Source: Macrostomum lignano (taxonomy: Eukaryota). Taken from it: a stretch of DNA of 39,253 bases. The translations under genes were made by a program, and so were the position numbers. Shown here piece by piece: positions 1 to 10,400 of this stretch. Numbering within the stretch: the first letter of the stretch is position 1; each line of letters opens with the position of its first letter. Location of the stretch: the NCBI GenBank assembly GCA_002269645.1, contig NIVC01004653.1:1-39253 (forward strand), written 5' to 3'. The notes under the pieces are model-generated. The model searched no databases. It saw only the letters and a list, made by a program, of their open reading frames with translations, and was not told the origin of the DNA.

Positions 1-1
1 G

Positions 2-284
2 TGCGACTTCGGTTTTGCTAAACAGCTGCGGGCGGAACGGCCTCCTGATGACGCCGTGCTATACAGCCTCCTTTCGTGGCTCCTGCGAGGTGCTCAAACT
101 GCAGGGCTACTCAAAAGCCTGCGACGTCTGGAGCGCCGGGGTGCTGTTGTACACCATGCTGGCCGGCCGCACTCCGTTCGCCCACGGGCCCAACGACCCG
201 TCCGAAGAGATTCTGAGCCGAATCGAGTCCGGGACCGTTGTTCTCGATGGCGGCAACTGGGACTCGGTGTCCGCGCACGCCAAG
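2..284 (+). CDS. RPS6KA: p90 ribosomal S6 kinase (RSK), penultimate coding exon (C-terminal kinase domain, subdomains VII-X); 5' truncated by window edge and carrying small indels
   Basis: Reads [12 protein letters not shown][82 protein letters not shown]. This matches the RSK C-terminal kinase domain as recalled ([36 protein letters not shown]...). Ends at phase-0 donor AAG|GTGAGC (285). Confidence 0.93.
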
Positions 285-304
285 GTGAGCTGAGGCTTCG
301 ATTG

Positions 305-915
305 ACGGCTTTTGGTTGTTGAATAGCAATCCGATTGTTGTTTGTTGGTTGTTGAACTGCAGCAATCCAATTGTTGTTTGTTGGTTGTTGAATAGCAATC
401 TGATTGTTGTTTGTTGGTTGTTGAATTGCAGCAATCCGATTGTTGTTTGTTGGTTGTTGAATTGCAGCAATCCAATTTTTGTTTGTTGGTTGTTGAATAG
501 CAATCCAATTGTTGTTTGTTGGTTGTCGAATAGCAATCGATTGTTGTTTGTTGGTTGTTGAAACTGCAGCAATCCAATTGTTGTTTGTTGGTTGTTGAAT
601 AGCAATCTGATTGTTGTTTGTTGGTTGTTGAATTACAGCAATCTGATTGTTGTTTGTTGTTGTTGAATTACAGAAATCCAATTGTTGTTTGTTGGTTGTT
701 GAATAGCAATCCGATTGTTGTTTGTTGGTTGTTGAATTGCGACAATCCAATTTTTGTTTGTTGTTGTTGAATAGCAATCCAATTGTTTGTTTGTTGTTGA
801 ATAGCAATCCAATTGTTGTTTGTTTGTTGTTTAATAGCAATCCAATTGTTGTTTGTTGGTTGTTGAATAGCAATCCAATTGTTTTGTTGTTTGTTTAATA
901 GCAATCCGATTGCTG
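305..915. repeat. Minisatellite (~31-34 bp, GTTGTTGAATAGCAATCC(G/A)ATTGTTGTTTGTTG) in the RSK intron
   Basis: About 18 tandem copies starting ~25 nt after the donor; source of the Q/N/T-rich minus-strand ORFs. Confidence 0.95.
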
Positions 916-920
916 TTTTG

Positions 921-1060
921 TTGATTGTTGCATTAGCAATCAAAGTGTTGATGATTGTTGCATTAGCAATCAAAGTGTTGTTGATTGTTGCATTAGCAAT
1001 CAAACTGTTGTTGATTGTTGCATTAGCAATCAAACTGTTGTTGATTGTTGCATTAGCAAT
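921..1060. repeat. 30-bp tandem repeat (TTGATTGTTGCATTAGCAATCAAAGTGTTG), ~5 copies
   Basis: Units start at 921, 951, 981, 1011 and 1041; the array ends ~19 nt before the 3' splice site. Confidence 0.9.
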
Positions 1061-1079
1061 TTTCCAACCAATCCGGCAG

Positions 1080-1349
1080 GACTTGGTCCGCCGCATGCTG
1101 CTGGTGGATCCAACCCAGCGCGTCACCGCTGCGCAGGCGCTGCAGCACACTTGGGTGGCCAGCCGGGCGGTGCTGCCGCTGTACCGGCTGGCGGTGCACC
1201 AGGAGGCCGGCCAGATGCGCGGCGCCATGCGAGCAACATTCGCCGCGGTGAACAAGCCGCCGCCCTTGCCGGCCCTGCAGAGCGTGGCGGCATCGGGGCT
1301 GGCAAAGCGACGCGGCAAGCAGCTGCTGAAGGTGTCCACTGAGGTCTGA
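1080..1349 (+). CDS. RPS6KA: p90 RSK terminal coding exon
   Basis: Phase-0 acceptor CGGCAG|GAC at 1079/1080. Encodes DLVRRMLLVDPTQRVTAAQALQHTWV...GAMRATFAAVNKPPPLPALQSVAASGLAKRRGKQLLKVSTEV-stop (TGA 1347-1349). Matches the RSK ending (DLVSKMLHVDPHQR...GAMAATY...LAQRR...STxL). Confidence 0.95.
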   Translation, partial: DLVRRMLLVDPTQRVTAAQALQHTWVASRAVLPLYRLAVHQEAGQMRGAMRATFAAVNKPPPLPALQSVAASGLAKRRGKQLLKVSTEV

Positions 1350-1437
1350 CTGTCCCGCTTTGGGGGAGGTCGTGAAAATAATGTCAAATTTTTGCTCTCG
1401 TGGCTTCAACTTCCTCAGCTGGGATTTCATCTGTTTC

Positions 1438-1443
1438 AATAAA
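1438..1443 (+). other. Candidate polyadenylation signal of RSK
   Basis: First AATAAA downstream of the RSK stop codon (~90 nt after it). Confidence 0.4.
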
Positions 1444-3482
1444 ATTGTTCAAAATCAGACTAGTAAACAAAGTTCTTCGTGTGTCTACTAATAGTACAGA
1501 TTTGTTTCTTATTAAGAAACTTGAACTCAAAATAGAGAATAATACAGTACCGCCCTACTGCCAGTACCTGCTCGTAGTTAGTAGTATCGAACGCGTTTTT
1601 CTTTTCGAAAACAACAGAGACCCAAGTATTGCTGTTATCTTACCATTATTAATTGATATGCCATGCCAGCGTGTTCTATACTTTTTTACATTATAATCGA
1701 ATTGTTTTGTGAACTGTTTTTCCCAGTCTTTATTCACTTGTTAATCTTCTTTAATGCCAGTAAGCTCGCAGGTTCTGTCTGTCTCTTTTTAAAAACTTAT
1801 TTATTAACTTTAATTTGCATGCCTTTTACTATATGCCTGTGTTTCTTTTTATATATGGATAAATCTTTCGCGTACACACACACTACTTTTTACAAGAAGT
1901 ACATAGTTGCAGAAATCTTGCTGCCTATCTGATCTGATATTTTCTCCCGTTCACCTGGTTGCTGACCCCCTCTATCAGTCCCTATTTTGCAGGTGTCGGT
2001 GCTTCATGTTTGAAATATCGAATGAGAAAAATTAAAATTCTTTTCATTTACATTGTCATTATATTATTGACAGGCCATTGGATTATAGGACAATACAATA
2101 CTGAGTAAGCATTGCGCACAGGTCTATCTGGGGCGACTGTTGAGTCACGTGTGCGTCACGTGAGCTGCAGCTTTGCAGAATCGTAAAAAAAAGTCGCAAA
2201 AAGACGTCCAAGACGTCAAGTGTTAGCGCTTAACTTTCTACTAACTCAAGTAGGCTAAACAGAGTTGTTGAAAATGCGAAATGCGATTCGAATTCATTAA
2301 GTGACGCAGCTGCACTTTTTAGAACGCAACTCAGTGATTCTTAGGCAACTCGTGAACGACTTTTTGGCGACTTGTACCGTGCCTGGGTACCGTCTTCATC
2401 GGGTTAAACAAATCAAGTCTTCTATTGTTGTTTTTAACCTGGCTAGCGTGTTGTTTTATAAAATAAGTGTGCGTGCGTTTCTAAAATCATTTGTTGCCTG
2501 TGATCTCTGATATTAAACCGGATTGGAACAGCAGCGATGCGGGCATTCCGAAACCCCCAGTTTCTATTCGATCAATTTTGGCTCACTCTATCTTCATTAT
2601 CACATTTTATCTGTACAATTTAGAATTTGTTGTCCGCATATCAAACGATTTCAAACGAATTACATGGCAGTGTAATGTTGACAAAATTATTGAATCAAAT
2701 ATAACTGCTATACTATTTCTAGGAATTCGATTAGTTGCGGTTCCCGCGCTGTTAAACACTGCCCGCCTTTGAAATTGCTTATTTTACGATAATAAATCTC
2801 AAATAGCTCTACTTGCAGTAGCTAAACTTGACCTGTTTGTCTCGTAGCACAATTTGCACCAGGTTGAGGTGTAGCAATGAAGTAAAAATAAATATGCAGA
2901 GTACCAATATTGGCCAGAATTATATGAGATGGCAGTCAAAGTAATTAATAGCAGAAGGCTGTGCGCGTATTACCTTTGTAAACACGCTCTGTTCTCTCTG
3001 TAGCTGCGCATTTAACCCGCAGCTATCAACGCTAGCACGAACTTGCAGACCTGTTTTGCATCGTCTCTCTGTCTCAAGTGTACTCAAAATGTATAGATGA
3101 AAAGAAAATGCCTTTCGAAGCAGACGGCAGGGTTTATAGTTCTGAGAAAATGAAATAAAAATTCTTGTATTTTTCGTTTTGACAAAATTGGCTAAATAAT
3201 TAATGAGTACTTTTTCACAGCCAGGTAAAATATTTGACGGAAAACTCAGAATACAGAATGACTTCTTTGTTTGAAAATATTATATATTGTGACCAAGAAG
3301 TTTTTCAACTGTTGTAATATTTGACTCCCCTGACACTATGGGCACGCGAAAGTGTGGGCGGATGAAGCTGTGTGCAGCTGTGAGCATTGAAGGTACATGT
3401 ACATTCAATCGTTGTTAGAAAGTTTTTGTTTTGATTTTCTTGCAAGCAAAACCAGGCAATGTAAGCACGCAAATATGAGAGC

Positions 3483-3862
3483 CTGACACGCAATCTTAAC
3501 TCTGACACCCAATCTGGACCCTGACACCCAATCTGAACCCTGACACCCAATCTGAACCCTGACACCCAATCTGAACCCTGACACCCAATCTGAACCCTGA
3601 CACCCTATTATGACTCTGACACCCAATCTGAAGCCTGACACCCTTATGTCCCTATCTTAACTCTGACAGCCAATCTGAACCCTGACACCCTATCTTGACT
3701 CTAACACCCAATCTGGAGCCTGACATCCAATCTGGAGCCTGACACCCTATCTTGACTCTCGGAAACCCCTATCTTGACTCTCTGACACCCCTATCTTGAC
3801 TCCCTGACACCCTATCTAGACTCTCTGACACCCTATCTTGACTCGCTGACACCCTATCTTGG
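3483..3862. repeat. ~19-21 bp minisatellite (CTGACACCCAATCTGAACC / CTGACACCCTATCTTGACT)
   Basis: Visible tandem copies ~210 nt downstream of the PLXDC stop, possibly within its 3' UTR. Confidence 0.9.
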
Positions 3863-4070
3863 AATGAGCTCGATGCAGAGATCAAGAAAAGGTTGATTGA
3901 ATCAGAATTATAACGGCTCTCAATATGCTCTATGCTATGCAAACGTGGCGAGATTCTGGAATAAAAAATTGTCAACAAAAACGATAGCCGCTTGTTCAAT
4001 AGAATGTTTCTTGGTTTCAAACAGAACCGATTTAAACGAAAACTTTGACAATTTCACGCATAGCCGAAAT

Positions 4071-4418
4071 TCACGTGTTGCTGAAATTCACGTAGGCATT
4101 CTCCGAGCTCACCTTGTAGCTCTCGCTGGCGCCGCCGGTTCCGCTGGCGCCGCCTCCGCTGGCGCCGAAGAATCGCTCCCGGTAGCGGCTGGGCCGGTGC
4201 TCAATCAGCCAGGCGCCCAGGCGGCTTCCCGGATGTCGGAAGCCGTACAGCAGGACGCCGGCCACTGTGGCGACCGCAGCCAGCGCAAGGATGCCCAGGC
4301 AGACGCCGAGTGCCACCTGACCGGCGCTGCGCCTGCTGGCTGCCTCTGGCGGCTGCTTCGTGCCGGTGCGACCGAGCGGCACAATGCTGCGGTCGCCGTC
4401 ACCGCAGGTTCCGCCGGC
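4071..4418 (-). CDS. PLXDC: PLXDC coding exon 11 (TM helix and cytoplasmic tail)
   Basis: CCGCAG|AGGTCGDG...[45 protein letters not shown]...NAYVNFSNT-stop; equivalent to PLXDC2 [22 protein letters not shown]. Confidence 0.95.
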   Translation of the reverse strand, partial: AGGTCGDGDRSIVPLGRTGTKQPPEAASRRSAGQVALGVCLGILALAAVATVAGVLLYGFRHPGSRLGAWLIEHRPSRYRERFFGASGGGASGTGGASESYKVSSENAYVNFSNT

Positions 4419-7400
4419 CTGCGGTTCATGGTGTCAGTGATGAATTTATTTGTGTCAGTGATGAATTGATTTGTGTCAGTGATGAATTGATGTGTGTCAG
4501 TGATGAATTGATGTGTGTCAGTGATGAATTGATGTGTGTTGGTGACTCAGTGATGAATTGATTTGTGTCAGTGATGAATTGATGTGTGTTGGTGACTCAG
4601 TGATGAATTGATTTGTGTCAGTGATGAATTGATGTGTGTTGGTGACTCAGTGATGAATTGATTTGTGTCAGTGATGAATTGATGTGTGTTGGTGACTCAG
4701 TGATGAATTGATTTGTGTCAGTGATGAATTGATGTGTGTTGGTGACTCAGTGATGAATTGATTTGTGTCAGTGATGAATTGATGTGTGTTGGTGACTCAG
4801 TGATGAATTGATTTGTGTCAGTGATGAATTGATGTGTGTTGGTGACTCAGTGATGAATTGATTTGTGTCAGTGATGAATTGATGTGTGTTGGTGACTCAG
4901 TGATGAATTTATTTGTGTCAGTGATGAATTGATTTGTGACAGTGATGAACTGATTTGTGTCAGCGATAGATAGATTGTGTCAGTGATAGATAGATAGTGT
5001 TAGCGATAGATAGATTGTGTCAGTGATAGATAGATTGTGTCAGTGATAGATAGATAGTGTCAGCGATAGATGGATTGTGTCAGCGATAGATAGATAGATT
5101 GTGTCAGCAATAGATAGATAGATTGTATCAGCGATAGATAGATTGTGTCAGTGATAGATAGATAGATTGTGTCAGCGATAGATAGATTTTGTCAGCGATA
5201 GATAGATAGTGTCAGTGATAGATAGATTGTGTCAGTGATAGATAGATTGTGTCAGCGATAGATAGATTGTGTCAGCGATAGATAGATAGATTGTGTCAGT
5301 GATAGATAGATTGTGTCAGCGATAGATAGATTGTGTCAGTGTTAGATAGATTGTGTCAGCGATAGATAGATTGTGTCAGCGATAGATAGATAGATTGTGT
5401 CAGTGATAGATAGATTGTGTCAGCGATAGATAGATTGTGTCAGCGATAGATAGATAGATTGTGTCAGTGATAGATAGATAGTGTCAGCGATAGATTTTGT
5501 CAGCGATAGATAGATTGTGTCAGCGATAGATAGATTGTGTCAGTGATGAACTGATTTGTGTCAGCGATAGATAGATTGTGTCAGTGATAGATAGATAGTG
5601 TTAGCGATAGATAGATTGTGTCAGTGATAGATAGATTGTGTCAGTGATAGATAGATAGTGTCAGCGATAGATGGATTGTGTCAGCGATAGATAGATAGAT
5701 TGTGTCAGCGATAGATAGATTGTGTCAGTGATAGATAGATAGATTGTGTCAGCGATAGATAGATTGTGTCAGTGATAGATAGATTGTGTCAGTGATAGAT
5801 AGATTGTGTCAGCGATAGATAGATAGATTGTGTCAGCGATAGATGGATTGTGTCAGTGATGAACTGATTTGTGTCAGCGACAAATAGAATGTGTCAGCGA
5901 TAGATAGATAGTGTCAGCGATAGATGGATTGTGTCAGCGATAGATAGATAGATTGTGTCAGCGATAGATAGATAGATTGTGTCAGCGATAGATAGATAGA
6001 TTGTGTCAGCGATAGATAGATAGATAGTGTCAGCGATAGATGGATTGTGTCAGCGATAGATAGATAGATTGTGTCAGCGATAGATAGATAGATTGTGTCA
6101 GCGATAGATAGATTGTGTCAGTGATAGATAGATAGTGTCAGCGATAGATAGATTGTGTCAGCGATAGATAGATTGTGTCAGCGATAGATAGATGGATTGT
6201 GTCAGCGATAGATGGATTGTGTCAGCGATAGATAGATAGATTGTGTCAGCGATAGATAGATAGATTGCGTCAGCGATAGATGGATTGTGTCAGACAGAAA
6301 CAAATCACAAAAACAGCAGCCCAATATCAATATTAGCTTTGGCTAAAGTGGCATGCAGAGCTGACGGGCGGCAAGGCAAACACATTCCGGCTGGTGAGAA
6401 ACTGATGGATTTAACAATCGAGCACTCTGTATGATTTGCAGTTGCAACAACTGCAAGGCAATAAAATGAAGGCTGTTAAGAAACGATAAAAAGTTGATAA
6501 AAATGCTACTTAAAAGTGAAAGCAGTTCTGTGAAAATGAAACGCTTAAATAAGTGAAAGAAAGTGAATTATTGATTTGTGTTTTATTGTTGCCGTACACA
6601 GTCGTGGTCCACGACGACCACATCGACAGTGGTGGCCTCCGTGGCCTGGGTGCTGCGTTCGCGAGTAGTAGTAGTAGCAGTAGTAGCAGCGGTAGTAGTA
6701 GTTTCAACCCTACGAGTTGTGATGTCCTTCCAGCAGAGCCTTGTGAACTGAGATTACACGCGTTTGTGTTGCCCAGTCAGAACTCTATTAGCTACTTATT
6801 ACTGAGGAACTTCTCTGATGCTGGCGCGATAAAAAGTTTTGGTTTGCAATAGCAAATTCTACAGATTGTATCAATTGTAAGTTGGTCAGCTTGATTTACA
6901 TGAGGTAGAAGGGAAAAGTTTTAAAAATTAGATATGGGAGTGGGATACGGGAAGTGAGATATGGGAATTGAGATACGGGAAGTGAGATATGGGAAGTGAG
7001 ATACGGGAAGTGAGATATGGGAATTGAGATACGGGAAGTGAGATATGGGAAGTGAGATACGGGAAGTGAGATATGGGAATTGAGATACGGGAAGTGAGAT
7101 ATGGGAAGTGAGATACGGGAAGTGAGATATGGGAAGTGAGATATGAGAAGTGAGATACGGGAAGTGAGATATGGGAAGTGAGATACGGGAAGTGAGATAC
7201 GGGAAGTGAGATATGGGAAGTGAGATACGGGAAGTGAGATATGAGAAGTGAGATACGGGAAGTGAGATATGAGAAGTGAGATACGGGAAGTGAGATATGA
7301 GAAGTGAGATACGGGAAGTGAGATATGAGAAGTGAGATACAGGAAGTGAGATATGAGAAGTGAGATACGGGAAGTGAGATACGGGAAGTGAGATATGAGA

Positions 7401-10400
7401 AGTGAGATATGGCAAGTGAGATATGGGAAGTGCGATACGGGAAGCGAGATATGAGAAGTGAGATACGGGAAGTGAGATACGGGAAGTGAGATATGAGAAG
7501 TGAGATATGGGAAGTGAGAGATGGGAAGTGAGATACGGGAAGTGAGATATGGGAAGTGCGATACGGGAAGCGAGATATGAGAAGTGAGAGATGGGAAGTG
7601 AGATACGGGAAGTGAGATATGGGAAGTGCGATACGGGAAGCGAGATACGGGAAGTGAGATTTGGGATGTGAGATACGGGAAGTGAGATATGAGAAGTGAG
7701 ATATGGGAAGTGAGATATGGGAAGTGAGAGATGGGAAGTGCGATACGGGAAGCGAGATACGGGAAGTGAGATATGGGATGTGAGATACGGGAAGTGAGAT
7801 ATGAGAAGTGAGATACGGGAAGTGAGATATGAGAAGTGAGATATGGGAAGTGAGATACGGGAAGTGAGATACGGGAAGTGAGATATGGGAAGTGAGATAC
7901 GGGAAGTGAGATATGGGAAGTGAGATATGGGAAGTGAGATATGGGAAGTGAGATATGGGAAGTGAGATATTAGAAGTGAGAGATGGTAAGTTTAAAAAGC
8001 CAACAGAGCCACTATGTAAATTAAAACACTCACCAAAACTGTCAATCTTTTGACCCAAATAAAAACAATAAACAGACTGCAAAACCAGCATAACCCAAAC
8101 TCACCGAATAGTGGCACTCGGAGTCGTGCCAGTCCTGTAGCCGACGGTCGACCCCGGAGCTGCAGCGGCCCAGATCGTAGCACCAGCTGCAGTTGAAGGC
8201 GGGGACTCGCGACCGGTCAGTGCAGTTGGAGCAGCTGGTCTGCTGGTTGCAGGCTGGGAATTGTGGGAGTGGAGAAGCTATTTGTTATATGATTGCTTTC
8301 TTGGGATAAATTTGTGTACAGCTAACCACAGCTCAAATTTAGTCTCAATGTGATCTTAATGTCACCCCAATGTGATCTTAATGTCACCCCAATGTGATTT
8401 TAATGTCACCCCAATGTGATCTTAATGTCAGTCCCTATGTGATCTTAATGTCAGTCTGAATGTGATCTTAATGTCAGTCTCAATGTGATCTTAATGTCAC
8501 CCCAATGTGATCTTAATGTCAGTCCCTATGTGATCTTAATGTCAGTCTGAATGTGATCTTAATGCCCGTCTCAATGTCATCTTAATGTCACCCTAATGTG
8601 ATCTTAATGTCAGTCCCTATGTGATCTTAATTCCAGTCTCAATGTCATCTTAATGTCACCCCAATGTCATCTTAATGTCAGTCTGAATGTGATCTTAATG
8701 CCCGTCTCAATGTCATCTTAATGTCAGTCTGAATGTGATCTTAATGTCAGTCTAAATTTGATCTTAATGTTAGTCTGAATGTGATCTTAATATCAGTCTG
8801 AATGTGATCTTAATGTCAGTCTGAATGTGATCTTAATGTTAGTCTGAATGTGATCTTAATGTTAGTCTGAATGTGATCTTAATGTCAGTCTGAATGTGAT
8901 CTTAATGTTAGTCTGAATGTGATCTTAATGTCAGTCTGAATGTGATCTTAATGTTAGTCTGAATGTGATCTTAATATCAGTCTGAATGTGATCTTAATGT
9001 TAGTCTGAATGTGATCTTAATGTCAGTCTGAATGTGATCTTAATGTCAGTCTGAATGTGATCTTAATGTCAGTCTCAATGTGATCTTAATGTCACCCCAA
9101 TGTGATCTTAATGTCAGTCCCTATGTGATCTTAATGTCAGTCTGAATGTGATCTTAATGTCAGTCTGAATGTGATCTTAATTTAGTCTTAACCCAAGATA
9201 CCATTGAGTAAACCTAATTAAAGTCACCTCATCGTCACCTAGTCATGGTTACGAACTCGCACTAAAATAACAACACAAGTGCAGCGCCACTTACTCGGCT
9301 GGTGCACCAGATGGATTATGCCGTCTGTGACAATTTGATCCCGTGGCACTCGCAGCTCGTGGTATCTCACAATCTTGCGCAACACGGTGCCTGAGGAAAC
9401 AACTAATAAATTTAGAATGATGAATTATTTGACTGGTTAGTGCGTAAATTAGTGAAGATTTATAGATAGATTGACACGTATCTGGCAAACAAGATAATAA
9501 ATTACAAGTCTAATAGATTAAAAGCAAAGTAGATAGTGGTGCAGTCAATCAGTTAGTTAAATAATGTTATTTATTACATGGTAAAGCGAAGGCTAAATTA
9601 AGTTAATTAGAATATACAGAGCAGTTATTAATTTTATATTATACACGCAGAGAAATAGCTTGTACAGGTTTCAGAAATAGTTGCTCAGCTCAAGACAGTA
9701 AGATAATAAGTTGATTAAGGTACAAGGAGCTAGTTTAAACAGGTAACACACCGAATAGCCTATCGAACCTTCAGTAACAGGTTGTCTGAATACCCCATCA
9801 AACCTTCAGTAACAGGTTGTCTGAATACCCCATCAAACCTTCAGTAACAAGTTGGCTGAATACCCCATCAAACCTTCAGTAACAAGTTGTCTGAATACCG
9901 AACCAAACCTTCAGTAAGGGTAGCCTGAATACCCCATCAAACCTTCAGTAACAAGTTGTCTGAATACCCCATCAAACCTTCAGTAACAAGTTGTCTGAAT
10001 ACCGAACCAAACCTTCAGTAAGGGTAGCCTGAATACCCCATCAAACCTTCAGTAAAAAGTTGTCTGAATACCCCATCAAACCGTCAGTAACAAGTTGTCT
10101 GAATACCCCATCAAACCTTCAGTAACAAGTTGTCTGAATACCCCATCAAACCTTCAGTAACAAGTTGTCTGAATACCGAACCAAACCTTCAGTAAGGGTA
10201 GCCTGAATACCCCATCAAACCTTCAGTAACAAGTTGTCTGAATACCCCATCAAACCTTCAGTAACAAGTTGTCTGAATACCGAACCAAACCTTCAGTAAG
10301 GGTAGCCTGAATACCCCATCAAACCTTCAGTAACAAGTTGTCTGAATACCTCATCAAACCTTCAGTAACAAGTTGTCTGAATACCCCATCAAACCTTCAG

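Noticed and set aside
94-873. Q/N/T-rich minus-strand ORFs
   Set aside because: Antisense translation of the RSK intron minisatellite and exon.
1389-1398. miR-87 target site in the RSK 3' UTR (TTTTTGCTCT)
   Set aside because: Pairs miRNA positions 3-10 but not position 2, so it is not a canonical seed match (TTGCTCA).
2974-3141. Open 168-nt minus-strand segment between a good acceptor and donor (NYKPCRLL...SVFTK)
   Set aside because: No recognisable homology, no partner exons found, and it lies beyond the PLXDC stop; pseudo-exons are common in AT-rich DNA.
6901-6920. let-7-like start TGAGGTAGAAGG
   Set aside because: Only the seed matches and there is no pairing arm.
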